Positions 25,654-34,840 of a DNA stretch of 34,840 bases are shown piece by piece (within the stretch, counting starts at the first letter, position 1; every line of letters starts with the position of its first letter). Below the pieces are notes generated by a model. That model saw nothing but the letters and a program-made list of their open reading frames with translations. It was not told where the DNA came from and made no database searches. The translations under genes and the position numbers were made by a program. The stretch is from Nanobdellota archaeon. GTDB taxonomy: Archaea > Nanobdellota > Nanobdellia > Woesearchaeales > JBBSVZ01. The stretch lies in the NCBI GenBank assembly GCA_038046545.1, contig JBBSVZ010000049.1, positions 1 through 34,840 on the forward strand. Direction: 5' to 3'.

Positions 25654-26370
25654 ATGGGTGGGAAGACTTTGGAGTTTACTGTAAGGGCTGGTATAGCTGA
25701 ATTTCCTGACTTGGCTCATTTCAGAAACTCCCGGCGGGGAAGGTATGCCACGCTTCCGGAAATTCTTGCATACAGAGCCCAGGCGTCAGATGTGGAAGGC
25801 AGCATTTGGGGCCGAAAAGGCGATGCATCAGTTTTCACAGGCTATTCAGTGGAAATGGGAGGAATACTTGACGGAGAGCCAGTCACAGTTATAGGTCACG
25901 GCAAGAGCCTGATAATCTCACCTGAAACAATAAAAGAAGCCAAAAACAAGTATTCCGCAATCAAATTTGACATGAATGCAATGCATTTCCCTGCACACTT
26001 CCTTAAAGAGTTCATGGAAAGCCATGATTATGACATTAGTTCGTACATAGAAAATTCAAAATCCCCGGACTTCAATCCAGGCCCTCATACAATACTTCTT
26101 CGCGGCGACGAGATTCCAGCTGACGGTGAAAGCTTTAATTATGAACAGATGCGAACTAACCCATTGCTAATCGCCCGGGCTGGAGGCAAAGCAAATCTTG
26201 AAAGATTCCTTCACACTGCAGAAAGGCGCTACGGGCCGGACAACACTTTTAATCATTTCAATCTAGTAGGAGAAAACAACGAAGCAGCTGCCTTGTTTCT
26301 TGCCACTCAAGGAGACTTGTGTTTGATAGAGCCGGCCTACGGCGAACATCTGAGATTCTTGATGGTTTAG
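25654..26370 (+). CDS. Hypothetical protein
   Basis: 238-aa ORF, TATA box TTAATATA upstream. Confidence 0.65.
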   Translation: MGGKTLEFTVRAGIAEFPDLAHFRNSRRGRYATLPEILAYRAQASDVEGSIWGRKGDASVFTGYSVEMGGILDGEPVTVIGHGKSLIISPETIKEAKNKYSAIKFDMNAMHFPAHFLKEFMESHDYDISSYIENSKSPDFNPGPHTILLRGDEIPADGESFNYEQMRTNPLLIARAGGKANLERFLHTAERRYGPDNTFNHFNLVGENNEAAALFLATQGDLCLIEPAYGEHLRFLMV

Positions 26371-26457
26371 ACCCGAATCAAATTTAAACAATCGTTAAAT
26401 TTATCGTCGGGATTAATAACAAAACTTTAAATACCCCTATTGTCAATAAAGGGTGTA

Positions 26458-26928
26458 ATGGTTAGTGGACCCGAAATTACAGCTATTGTTCATGGATTTC
26501 TTGGAACAGTTTTCTTGATGGCTTTCGCCGGCGCGTTTGCCGAACTTGTTGAGATAACCAACAGCGGGATAAAACGGCTCAAGATTGGCGTGACATTAAT
26601 GGCAGCCTCAATCATAATAACTGCCCTTTTAGGCGATTTGGTCTACACGGTTTACCGCGCACCTGTACCAGAAAGCGCCAGAAGCGTCATCCTTGCCGGG
26701 CCAACGCCGTGGGTCCACACTGTACTCATGGAACTGAAGGAGCACATCGCCCATTTTGTTCCACTACTTCTGATTGCTGTAGCATTCATGGTCTTTTATT
26801 ATGATAAAGATTTACTCGAGAAAAAGGAGTTGCGTTACTTAACAACTGCTCTACTCGTATTCGCAATGCTCATAACTCTCCTTGTCTTTGGATTAGGAGC
26901 TTACATCACGAAGGTAAAGCCGATATGA
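26458..26928 (+). CDS. Four-TM membrane protein with His residues in or near helices
   Basis: HGFLG, PWVH, KEHIAHF; ATG at 26458 lies 24 nt after TTTAAATA; ATGA overlap with the next gene. Confidence 0.7.
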   Translation: MVSGPEITAIVHGFLGTVFLMAFAGAFAELVEITNSGIKRLKIGVTLMAASIIITALLGDLVYTVYRAPVPESARSVILAGPTPWVHTVLMELKEHIAHFVPLLLIAVAFMVFYYDKDLLEKKELRYLTTALLVFAMLITLLVFGLGAYITKVKPI

Positions 26929-27254
26929 CCAGACCAACAGGACCAATATCAGCAGCGCTCCTTGCAGCCAACGTAGGCTTCATAACAATAGGCGTGCTTA
27001 ATTTTGCTGCAGAAGTGAGCGCCCCAACAAAGACATTTTTGACTTTTTACAAGGCAATGGGAGCGCTTTCAGGAAAGGTCGCAATTGCATATACACTCTC
27101 AGCAGTAGTATTTCTAATTTTCTTCAAGCTCTGGAAGGACAAGGAAATGGATGTCATGAAATGGGTGTGGATTACTATAGTCTGCCTCATCATAAGCACA
27201 TTGCTAGTTTTTCCACCGGCGATTGAACCCATTTTAGAGATTATTAAGGGATAG
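26925..27254 (+). CDS. Three-TM membrane protein
   Basis: Coupled to the upstream gene; GALSGK and VFPP motifs. Confidence 0.7.
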   Translation: MTRPTGPISAALLAANVGFITIGVLNFAAEVSAPTKTFLTFYKAMGALSGKVAIAYTLSAVVFLIFFKLWKDKEMDVMKWVWITIVCLIISTLLVFPPAIEPILEIIKG

Positions 27255-27306
27255 TTACGCTGCGACGAGTATTGTAATTTAGAACAATCTGGAAACATTT
27301 CATTAG

Positions 27307-27933
27307 TTAATTCTTCAGGAATTTCTGCGCCCGACGCGACTTAAAGCAAACTCTCAATCTTTCTCTCTCTGCTCGTTCATAGGATACAAGAGTATATCCA
27401 TTGGCACTCAATATTCCTGAGCCAAACCCGTAAAGGACATCCATTCTTTCTCTATCTAACGCCTTTGCAAAATTCACAGTAGCGTCAAGATGCGCCATTA
27501 ATTCTTCTCTTGTTGCGGAACTATCGACTGAGTTGAGCATCGACTCGACTTCATCATACATTCCGCTTCCGATGCCGTAAACTTGTACTTGTTTTATGAT
27601 TCGGTCGCGCTGGTGAAATGCATAAATCGATGGAACACCTTCTTCCACAATGCCAAGCAGGAAAGAAGTCGAATAGCGTGCATCGAGAGTATTGTTGTGG
27701 ATAAGTCTTTCTAAAATAGATAACGGATTCTGGTCGGAATACTGCCTGATGTCATCTGAAAACATTTCCAGATGGATTGAAAGCCCTGCGATGCCAAGCG
27801 CAGCATTTTCCCTTACTTGGCGAACTTTATCAAATGATGCGTGCGCTGAACCATCCATATGGTGCCATTTTGCTGCAGTATCGTAGGCGAAATAAATTTC
27901 ATTTCCCATGTTTGCTGCGACGATTATTGTCAT
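27307..27933 (-). CDS. Ntn-hydrolase, proteasome beta/HslV-like protein
   Basis: M-T-IIVAA start (Thr1), FAYDT, DKVRQV (Lys33-like), LGIAG, YGIGSG. Confidence 0.7.
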   Translation of the reverse strand: MTIIVAANMGNEIYFAYDTAAKWHHMDGSAHASFDKVRQVRENAALGIAGLSIHLEMFSDDIRQYSDQNPLSILERLIHNNTLDARYSTSFLLGIVEEGVPSIYAFHQRDRIIKQVQVYGIGSGMYDEVESMLNSVDSSATREELMAHLDATVNFAKALDRERMDVLYGFGSGILSANGYTLVSYERAERERLRVCFKSRRAQKFLKN

Positions 27934-28568
27934 GCTTCAACTTTCATATATACTGCAGGGTGATACAGATTTTCTATTTCCCTTGCGGCTGCGGTTAATT
28001 CCTGCACTTCTTCCAAGCCCATGGCGCGGACATCAATTAAACCGGACACATAACCTGAAGCGACGTAAAGAAGGCCTCCATGTTCCAGCCCCGTTAATAT
28101 CGCTGCAAGCTGTTCTTGGATTGTGCCCCGCCTATGAATTTTGGAATTAGCGTCGGATGCATAAATTTTTGTAAATTTCCTTTCGGAAGCGTGCTCTTCA
28201 AGGCTTTTAGGCTCTCCGAGTTCAAGATGCGAGAGCCTTGCATGGATTCTGTTCTTGCGCCCGTCCTCCATAAAATAGTCCAAGTTACAATCCAGCTGAT
28301 GATTGTCAAAACCAAGGCCCGCTGAATGCACAAATGAGAAGTAATCACCGGCATTAAGCATGATTTTCCGCCGCTTGATATATTCAAGTTGCTCAGGATT
28401 TCTTTCAGCTACCACAACATCTGCGTACTCCACAAGGGCGAAAGCCTGGTCGCCTGAACCGCCAATGGCAAGAATCCTGTCATCAGAGCAGGGTTTTAGC
28501 CCGGCGATTATGGCGTTCAAATTCTCAAAAGTGTATGGATAAAAAATTGGTGTTTCCGGAATAGCCAT
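27930..28568 (-). CDS. SAM-dependent transferase-like protein (DUF3419/BtaA-like)
   Basis: YPYTFENL...DRILAIGGSGDQAFAL...ERNPEQL...GLEHGGLLYV Rossmann methyltransferase pattern. Confidence 0.6.
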   Translation of the reverse strand: MAIPETPIFYPYTFENLNAIIAGLKPCSDDRILAIGGSGDQAFALVEYADVVVAERNPEQLEYIKRRKIMLNAGDYFSFVHSAGLGFDNHQLDCNLDYFMEDGRKNRIHARLSHLELGEPKSLEEHASERKFTKIYASDANSKIHRRGTIQEQLAAILTGLEHGGLLYVASGYVSGLIDVRAMGLEEVQELTAAAREIENLYHPAVYMKVEA

Positions 28569-28765
28569 TCAGGACACCGTTCTGTTTACAAAAAAATCAG
28601 AATTAAATGCGGCAAGTTTATTTACGAGCTTTCTAGTTGAAGGTTTCATGATGTGTGAGCGATGGCAGGTGATTAATAAATATTTCTTAATTAACCATCG
28701 ATTAGTGGTAAAATCAAACGTTCATTCCAATTGAATTATAAATGGAACAACTTTAAACTAGACAA

Positions 28766-29110
28766 ATGACTGAAATCTACCCAATAAGGTTCGCAGTTTA
28801 CAATTTAGATACAGAAGAATTATTAGGATACAAAGTAGGTTCAGTCTTTGAGATTTCTCCCGATCAATTCAAGGTTTATTCTTCAACTGAGGCAGTAGCT
28901 GACAGCCCGATGTTCAAGTACATGATGTTCACAATGAACAAACAGAGTGCAGGCGAAAACAAAAATCTAAGAATAGAAGCCGAACGGTTAGAAGATTCTC
29001 TCGGATTAAGCGGCGAACATCCAGTCACAGCCTCAACGCCTCTTGAGGTCATTGCCACGTTCACTGTCGAGAGAGTTGAAGATAAGTATCAGGTCAAGAG
29101 ATTAAACTGA
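28766..29110 (+). CDS. Hypothetical protein
   Basis: 114-aa ORF, no recognised motif. Confidence 0.6.
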   Translation: MTEIYPIRFAVYNLDTEELLGYKVGSVFEISPDQFKVYSSTEAVADSPMFKYMMFTMNKQSAGENKNLRIEAERLEDSLGLSGEHPVTASTPLEVIATFTVERVEDKYQVKRLN

Positions 29111-29174
29111 ATCAAATTCTTAGTTTTTGCAGAACCTTTAAAATGCCATGTAATTACCCGACAACAGGGGAATC

Positions 29175-30644
29175 ATGAAAGGAAGATTATTTGGGCTTGA
29201 CATCAAACTATCGCCACACTTTTCGGGTGAAAACTTTCCACACGGAATCGAACTTAACGGAATTGATTTCGGGACTGATTTTTTCAAATATGAACAAGGT
29301 AAACAGTATTACGACAGATTGCTTCAAGTCTTATTTAAAGAAGCCGAAGGAAAACCAATATTTGTTGAAACATCACCGACAAAAGAATCCGACTCCCTTG
29401 GGCTCGCCATCCTTAAAGCCAGAACAAGTGAGCTCTATAAGAAACAAAGAGAGGGCGCAGATTTCCTAGCCCAGATTCTCGGTGAGCATTTTGAATTTGA
29501 ATATGGATGGATTAACGACCTCGAGCGTTTTCACCTTGGGAAGCTTGATGAAAAAGACGACCCTGAAAAAAGGATGTTAGCGAATTTAGCGGCAGCCAAA
29601 GGAATTGAATTGTATCTGTTTACAAGGCTTGAATATGAAAATGGCTCCATCAATTTCCACCTTGAAAACGGGAGAACTAAAGGAGCACCTCACTCTCAAA
29701 TAGGCTTGGTCTGGCCTTATTCATCTACATTATGGGATGTGCCTGAAAAATTCAGGGACTTATTTCTTGGAAACCCGGTCGAAGAAACGATTATGGACTC
29801 AAAAGCGTTCATGCATTTTCTTGAGGAGCATTACAACGCTCCGCCAATAAATTACCTTCCCCCCGGAATAGTCTTTGGATTCGGAATAACAACCAGAACA
29901 GAGCTCGTGGACTTCCTGAAGGAAAGCCCATCTGACCTTATCGTCAGGAAACGAGGTGGCTCTTATTGCGGAACAGGAGTTGAAATATTGGAGAAAGGGC
30001 GACTAATCAGCGAACTCAGAAGAACAACGCCAAAACCAATCTCTAATGCAAAGCTACAAGCGCTATACTATGTTTTAAGCCAAACCATGATTAACGTCGA
30101 ACTAGAAGAATATTTGTCAGTATATGAGGAATTCATCCCTTCAATTAAAATAAAACACCCTGAAACTGGAAAGAAGCACGATGCTTGTGCAAGAACAGTC
30201 GTTTATTTGCCGGATAACGGAATACCAGAAGTGCTTGGCTCACAATGGAGGCTTGCTCCAAAGCCACTGGGATACCAGGGTAGCCTCGAAGAAAGTCTTC
30301 GCGCAAACTTGTCAAGAGGAGCTACAGCAATCCCAATGGATCCAAAGCACGAGTATATTATTTCGAGCCATGCAAGTCTCATGACGAGATGCTTCGAAGC
30401 GCAGGCCAAAGCTCTCAAAAGAGAGGTGGAAGACTATAGGGAAGAAACTAAAGACCTTGATCAGAAAAACCTTGGAAATTTGACAGACCACAGGATCGTA
30501 AATTTACTATTAAACTTCGGTATGACATCCAGCAATGCCATCGCAGATGGATTAATCCAAGAAGATCTTTCTCCAGAGGCAACAAGGGAGATTCTGCAAA
30601 TAACGAGGGAAGCCAATAAGCCAAAAATTTACTTGGGGCGTTGA
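29175..30644 (+). CDS. Divergent ATP-grasp-like protein (YheC/D- or RimK-like core)
   Basis: IVRKRGGSYCGTGVEIL...VYEEFIPS...DACARTVV...WRLAP...RANLSRGA. Confidence 0.6.
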   Translation: MKGRLFGLDIKLSPHFSGENFPHGIELNGIDFGTDFFKYEQGKQYYDRLLQVLFKEAEGKPIFVETSPTKESDSLGLAILKARTSELYKKQREGADFLAQILGEHFEFEYGWINDLERFHLGKLDEKDDPEKRMLANLAAAKGIELYLFTRLEYENGSINFHLENGRTKGAPHSQIGLVWPYSSTLWDVPEKFRDLFLGNPVEETIMDSKAFMHFLEEHYNAPPINYLPPGIVFGFGITTRTELVDFLKESPSDLIVRKRGGSYCGTGVEILEKGRLISELRRTTPKPISNAKLQALYYVLSQTMINVELEEYLSVYEEFIPSIKIKHPETGKKHDACARTVVYLPDNGIPEVLGSQWRLAPKPLGYQGSLEESLRANLSRGATAIPMDPKHEYIISSHASLMTRCFEAQAKALKREVEDYREETKDLDQKNLGNLTDHRIVNLLLNFGMTSSNAIADGLIQEDLSPEATREILQITREANKPKIYLGR

Positions 30645-30695
30645 ACAGCCAGTTACAGCAATAATTTTATAATTAAATGAGTTTGCAAAAAGAAA

Positions 30696-31118
30696 ATGAA
30701 CGCCCCATTTCTAAGCACATTCACCCTGGTTTCGGAAGTTTTTGTAACTGCAGGAGTTCTTATTGTGTTTTATTACGGATATTTCAAGAACCGCTTTCTT
30801 TCAAAGCTAGCATTCAGCGTTCTCGCCTATGAAGTTTTTGTGAATGTCGCATACATGGTTGCGCGAGTGCTGACTCACAAAGAGACAGCCAAACCGCCTG
30901 CCTTCGAAATTGCTCTTCTTGCACTCCACGGAACGCTTTCCCTCATAATGCTGTTCGCAATAATTGTGACGTTCATCCTGGCGCACAAGGCATACAAGCG
31001 CAAGCAGAATTTCTTTAAAAAACACAAGCTGATAACTTTAATAACAATAATTATTTGGTTTATTTCAATTCTATCAGGTGTTGTAGTTTACATAATGGAA
31101 TACGTGTTAGAGATTTGA
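30696..31118 (+). CDS. DUF420-like four-TM membrane protein
   Basis: ALHGTLSLIM...FFKKH...WFISILSGVVVY. Confidence 0.65.
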   Translation: MNAPFLSTFTLVSEVFVTAGVLIVFYYGYFKNRFLSKLAFSVLAYEVFVNVAYMVARVLTHKETAKPPAFEIALLALHGTLSLIMLFAIIVTFILAHKAYKRKQNFFKKHKLITLITIIIWFISILSGVVVYIMEYVLEI

Positions 31119-31203
31119 CAAAGCATTTGATTGCTCATAACTTCAATAGTAATTAAAGTCACCAAAACAAATATATAAACAAATATTACTTCGAACTATC
31201 AAC

Positions 31204-32283
31204 ATGAAAATCGCATACCTAACCCTAATCTTCCTTCTGCTTATCTTTGCAGGCTGCAAGCAGCAGACACAAACCAACAACAATCTGAATTCTGCAAGCA
31301 TTGAGCTTCAGACTTATGGCGGTTTTGTGCGGCCAGAATATGCAAAACAAGTTTTGCGGGTAGAATATGGAAAAGTCACTTACAGAATAATCTCCTCAGA
31401 TGGAACAATAACCAAAGAAATAACAAAGCCGATTAGCGAAGAGCAGTTCAAGGGCCTAGCGCAGGCATTCGTCGACTCAGATTTCTTTTCCCTGAAGAAC
31501 GATTACAAGCCTAATGCGCTGGTCGCAGATGTAGGAACTGGTGAATTGTCTTTCAGCATCCAGGGAAAGGAAAAAACGATAATTATAGACCCGTACTTCT
31601 TTGATGAAGGCGTCCCTGCCGCCTTAGGATCACTAAACGATCAATTGATTCAGATGATAAGCTTCGCCCAGGAAACCAACGCGGAAGATGCAAAATCCAT
31701 AGCGGAAGGTTGGATAAAGAGGGCACCAACTTACAAGTTCGATGGCTTTGGTTTAAAGCTTGAAAGCCAAAATGAATTGGAAAGCTTCCCAGTGCAGCAT
31801 GTGCTAGTTTATTCATTCAGCAGCAGAAGCGCAGGATATGGCGAAAGAACAGGACAACAAACCGCTCAAGTCGTAACAGCGCACACCATAAGAGTAACTG
31901 TTGTTAGCGGAGAGGTTACCGCAGCAATAATTGACAGCAAATGGGACGAAATCAGCCAGCAGTTAGTCACTCCTTCAGAAGTAGAGATGTCATTTGACCG
32001 CATGCAATGCCTCAAAACGCCGTGGGATGAATGGCTGGAGAATAGCGATATCAGATTTGTAAGAGCTCCGACAGACGAAGAGGTCGCTAGGATGTATTTC
32101 ACCCAGGCCGAAAATATAGAGATTAAAAACTTCAGAAAGGTAACAGTAGAAGGAGTAATAACCTGCCAGGCTTGCGGAGTGTGCTGGAGCGGAATAAGAT
32201 ATTATGTTACAGTCAGCGAAAATGATGTTGACCAGATGACAAGACTGGGATGGAAAACTAGTTCGATTAAACCCATAAACTAA
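31204..32283 (+). CDS. Secreted lipoprotein-like protein
   Basis: Signal peptide with lipobox LIFAGC; C-terminal CQACGVC motif. Confidence 0.75.
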   Translation: MKIAYLTLIFLLLIFAGCKQQTQTNNNLNSASIELQTYGGFVRPEYAKQVLRVEYGKVTYRIISSDGTITKEITKPISEEQFKGLAQAFVDSDFFSLKNDYKPNALVADVGTGELSFSIQGKEKTIIIDPYFFDEGVPAALGSLNDQLIQMISFAQETNAEDAKSIAEGWIKRAPTYKFDGFGLKLESQNELESFPVQHVLVYSFSSRSAGYGERTGQQTAQVVTAHTIRVTVVSGEVTAAIIDSKWDEISQQLVTPSEVEMSFDRMQCLKTPWDEWLENSDIRFVRAPTDEEVARMYFTQAENIEIKNFRKVTVEGVITCQACGVCWSGIRYYVTVSENDVDQMTRLGWKTSSIKPIN

Positions 32284-32384
32284 TAAAATATTTTTCGGTA
32301 TTCAGCATTATAAAAACAAATTTTGTTCATCAAGATTTTTCGTGAATTCAAAACCCTTTTATATTAATCTAGAATTGTTTTTTT

Positions 32385-33200
32385 ATGGACATCAACTCAA
32401 CAGTCACTTTAAACAACGGAATCAATATGCCCATCTTCGGCCTTGGCACGTGGGAAATGAAGGATGCCAAACAAACAGAAAAAGCGATATTAATTGCTCT
32501 TGAACTTGGATACAGGCACATTGATACAGCACACGTTTATGGGAATGAAAAAAGCGTGGGCGCAGCTATTAAAAAAAGCGGGATTCCTAGAAAAGAGATA
32601 TTTGTTACAACAAAGCTTTGGAACGACCAGCATTCTGACCCCGAAGGAGCGCTCGAAGGCAGCCTCAAAAAACTCGGACTAAAGTACGTTGACCTTTATC
32701 TGATGCACTTTCCCGTCAGAAATGTCAGGAATAGGACCTGGATGGCCATGGAGAAGCTTCTCGACCATGAAATGACACGCGCAATCGGCGTAAGCAACTT
32801 TACAATCCGCCATCTCGATGAGCTTCTGGAAAAAACAAAATTTGTTCCAGCCGTGAATCAGGTAGAGTTCAGCCCTTACTTATTCCAGAAAGAATTGCAT
32901 TTTTACTGCAGGAAGCGCAAAATCCAGCTCGAAGCTTACAGCCCGCTAGTCAGGGGAAGGAAAATGAACGACCAAAGGCTAATATCGATGGCTAATAGCT
33001 ATAAAAAAAAGCCAGCACAACTACTGATTAAATGGTGTTTGCAGCATAATATTGTGACAATACCAAAAGCAATAACTGAGGAACACCTTAAAGAAAACTG
33101 CAACGTATTTGATTTTGAAATCAGCAAGCAAGACATGAAAAAACTCAATATGTTTAACGAGAATTTTCGGGTTTGCTGGGACCCTTCTAAAGAACCATGA
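32385..33200 (+). CDS. Aldo/keto reductase
   Basis: GLGTW, GYRHIDTAHVYGNE, FVTTKLW, DLYLMHFP, IGVSNF, IPK. Confidence 0.95.
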   Translation: MDINSTVTLNNGINMPIFGLGTWEMKDAKQTEKAILIALELGYRHIDTAHVYGNEKSVGAAIKKSGIPRKEIFVTTKLWNDQHSDPEGALEGSLKKLGLKYVDLYLMHFPVRNVRNRTWMAMEKLLDHEMTRAIGVSNFTIRHLDELLEKTKFVPAVNQVEFSPYLFQKELHFYCRKRKIQLEAYSPLVRGRKMNDQRLISMANSYKKKPAQLLIKWCLQHNIVTIPKAITEEHLKENCNVFDFEISKQDMKKLNMFNENFRVCWDPSKEP

Positions 33201-33817
33201 AAGTAGTTGTTTTTGGTGCTACAGGAAGAGTTGGCAATGAAGTTGTTGAAGAATGCCTTAGGAAAGGATTTGAAGTGGTTGCCTTCTCAAGGAAGCCAAA
33301 GATTAATCCACGGAAAAATCTTTCAGTTGTGATTGGAGATGCGCTCAATCCCACTGCAGTTGACAAGGCAGTTGAAGGATGCGATTGTGCAATAATTACG
33401 CTTAGAGTCGAACCCCGCGAAATAAGGGACATAATCTCTGCCTCGACGGCAAATATAGTATCAGCAATGCTGCGAAAGAAAGCGAAAAGGCTAATCTGCC
33501 TTACGGCCATGGGCGTAGGAGAAAGCATAAAGGAAGTTCCATTTTTTATCCGGCCGGTTTTCACAGTTTATATGGGAAGGTCTTTCAAAGACAAGCACAG
33601 GCAGGAACAGCTTATTGAAGCTAGTAATTTGGATTGGACAATCGTGAGGCCATCGTTTTTCACAAATGGCCCTGTTAGAGGCAACCTCATTGTCGGTGAA
33701 AAGATCAAACCCAAGGGCCTTATAGCCTCGATATCAATAAAAGACGTAGCGAAATTCATGGTCGACCAGATCGAAAATCAAGAGTGGATAAAAAAGAAGG
33801 TTGCCATAAGCTACTAA
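33197..33817 (+). CDS. NAD(P)H-binding oxidoreductase (flavin reductase/BVR-B-like)
   Basis: VFGATGRVG, LDWTIVRP, ISIKDVAKF. Confidence 0.9.
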   Translation: MKVVVFGATGRVGNEVVEECLRKGFEVVAFSRKPKINPRKNLSVVIGDALNPTAVDKAVEGCDCAIITLRVEPREIRDIISASTANIVSAMLRKKAKRLICLTAMGVGESIKEVPFFIRPVFTVYMGRSFKDKHRQEQLIEASNLDWTIVRPSFFTNGPVRGNLIVGEKIKPKGLIASISIKDVAKFMVDQIENQEWIKKKVAISY

Positions 33818-33848
33818 ATTTATAAAGAAGGATTTTTTACTAAATATC

Positions 33849-34697
33849 ATGGCGAAAAAAGTCAGAATTGGACTCATTCAGATGGCGATGAGCAGCGATA
33901 CTCTGGCAAACGTGAAAAAAGCTGTTTTTATGACAATTGAAGCTGTGAATAAGGGCGCTAAAATTGTCTGTTTGCCAGAGCTTTACAAAACGCTGTATTT
34001 TCCGCAGGACAAAAAGAAAAATGTGAAAAAAAATCTTGAATCGCAAAAAGGCGAATCATACAAAACATTTTCTGCAATAGCAAAAGAAAAGAAAGTTACA
34101 CTAATAATCCCAATATTCGAGGTTGCTGGAAATAAGCATTACAATACAGCGCTTGTGATCGGAGATAAGGGGAAATTACTTTCAGCTTACAGAAAAATGC
34201 ACATCCCCCATGACCCGAAGTTCTATGAGAAAAATTATTTTTCGGAAGGAAATCGAGGCTACAAGGTCGTGAAAACAAAATATGGAAAAATATCCCCTCT
34301 GATTTGTTTCGACCAGTGGTTTCCTGAAGCCGCCCGGATTAATGCGTTAAACGGAGCGGAAATCCTATTTTACCCCACTGCAATCGGCTCTTTTGCAGAT
34401 AACGATACTCCTGAAGACATGCATGATGGTTGGGAAACTGTGCAAAGAGGGCACGCAATCGCCAACGGAGTGCATGTCGTTGCAGTCAACCGAGTCGGAA
34501 AAGAAGGAGATTTAAAATTCTGGGGGCAATCCTTCGTTTGCGACTCCTTCGGGAAAATAATTGCCAAAGCATCAAAAGACAAGGAAGAAGTTTTGTTAGC
34601 TGACCTCGACTTGAGTTATAATGATTTCATAAAAAACGGCTGGGGATTCATGAGGAACCGAAGGCCAGACTCATACAAGAGAATTCTGCAAAAATGA
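33849..34697 (+). CDS. aguB: N-carbamoylputrescine amidohydrolase (carbon-nitrogen hydrolase)
   Basis: CLPEL, YRKMHIPHDPKFYEKNYF, ICFDQWFPEAAR, YPTAIG; adjacent to agmatine deiminase. Confidence 0.88.
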   Translation: MAKKVRIGLIQMAMSSDTLANVKKAVFMTIEAVNKGAKIVCLPELYKTLYFPQDKKKNVKKNLESQKGESYKTFSAIAKEKKVTLIIPIFEVAGNKHYNTALVIGDKGKLLSAYRKMHIPHDPKFYEKNYFSEGNRGYKVVKTKYGKISPLICFDQWFPEAARINALNGAEILFYPTAIGSFADNDTPEDMHDGWETVQRGHAIANGVHVVAVNRVGKEGDLKFWGQSFVCDSFGKIIAKASKDKEEVLLADLDLSYNDFIKNGWGFMRNRRPDSYKRILQK

Positions 34698-34840
34698 GCA
34701 CGCCAACACAACTAGGGTTCAGATTTCCTGCTGAATGGGAACCGCATGAGGCAATATTTCTTGCATGGCCGCATGACCAGCTGACATTCCCAGAAATGGA
34801 AAAAGTAGAACATGCATACCTTGGCATAATTGAAGGCCTA
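34694..34840 (+). CDS. aguA: Agmatine deiminase, 3'-partial at window edge
   Basis: Manual translation MSTPTQLGFRFPAEWEPHEAIFLAWPHD; ATGA overlap with aguB. Confidence 0.88.
   Translation, partial: MSTPTQLGFRFPAEWEPHEAIFLAWPHDQLTFPEMEKVEHAYLGIIEGL

Overview
Archaeal DNA, most consistent with a DPANN lineage such as Woesearchaeota/Pacearchaeota. This is inferred from an intron-containing tRNA-Gln with an A1-U72 pair, TATA boxes about 20-25 nt before start codons, and many orphan genes. The main signal is at 1.4-10.7 kb. A tRNA-Gln(CTG) with a 65-nt bulge-helix-bulge intron is the insertion site of a 4.9-kb element (tyrosine integrase, TIR-STAND-TPR NLR-like protein, PD-(D/E)xK-like protein). 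The element is bounded by a 15-bp duplication of the tRNA 3' end and 25-bp inverted arm repeats. Five further copies of a site with the fixed layout TAACA-N15-(tRNA 3'-end core) follow at 0.6-1.0 kb intervals. They delimit small integrase-less modules of 1-3 genes: toxin-antitoxin pairs, Fic, YdeI, a CDP-alcohol phosphotransferase and a membrane protein. Together this looks like a tRNA-anchored, integron-like cassette array. The rest of the window holds an SRPBCC/VOC/DHFR-like operon, gcvT-gcvPA-gcvPB without gcvH, a cold-shock protein, an AT-rich islet with a HEPN-motif gene and two gene remnants, several divergent enzyme-fold orphans (transglutaminase-like, proteasome-beta-like, ATP-grasp-like), oxidoreductases and aguB-aguA. 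All assignments come from motif recognition by eye; no database searches were run.
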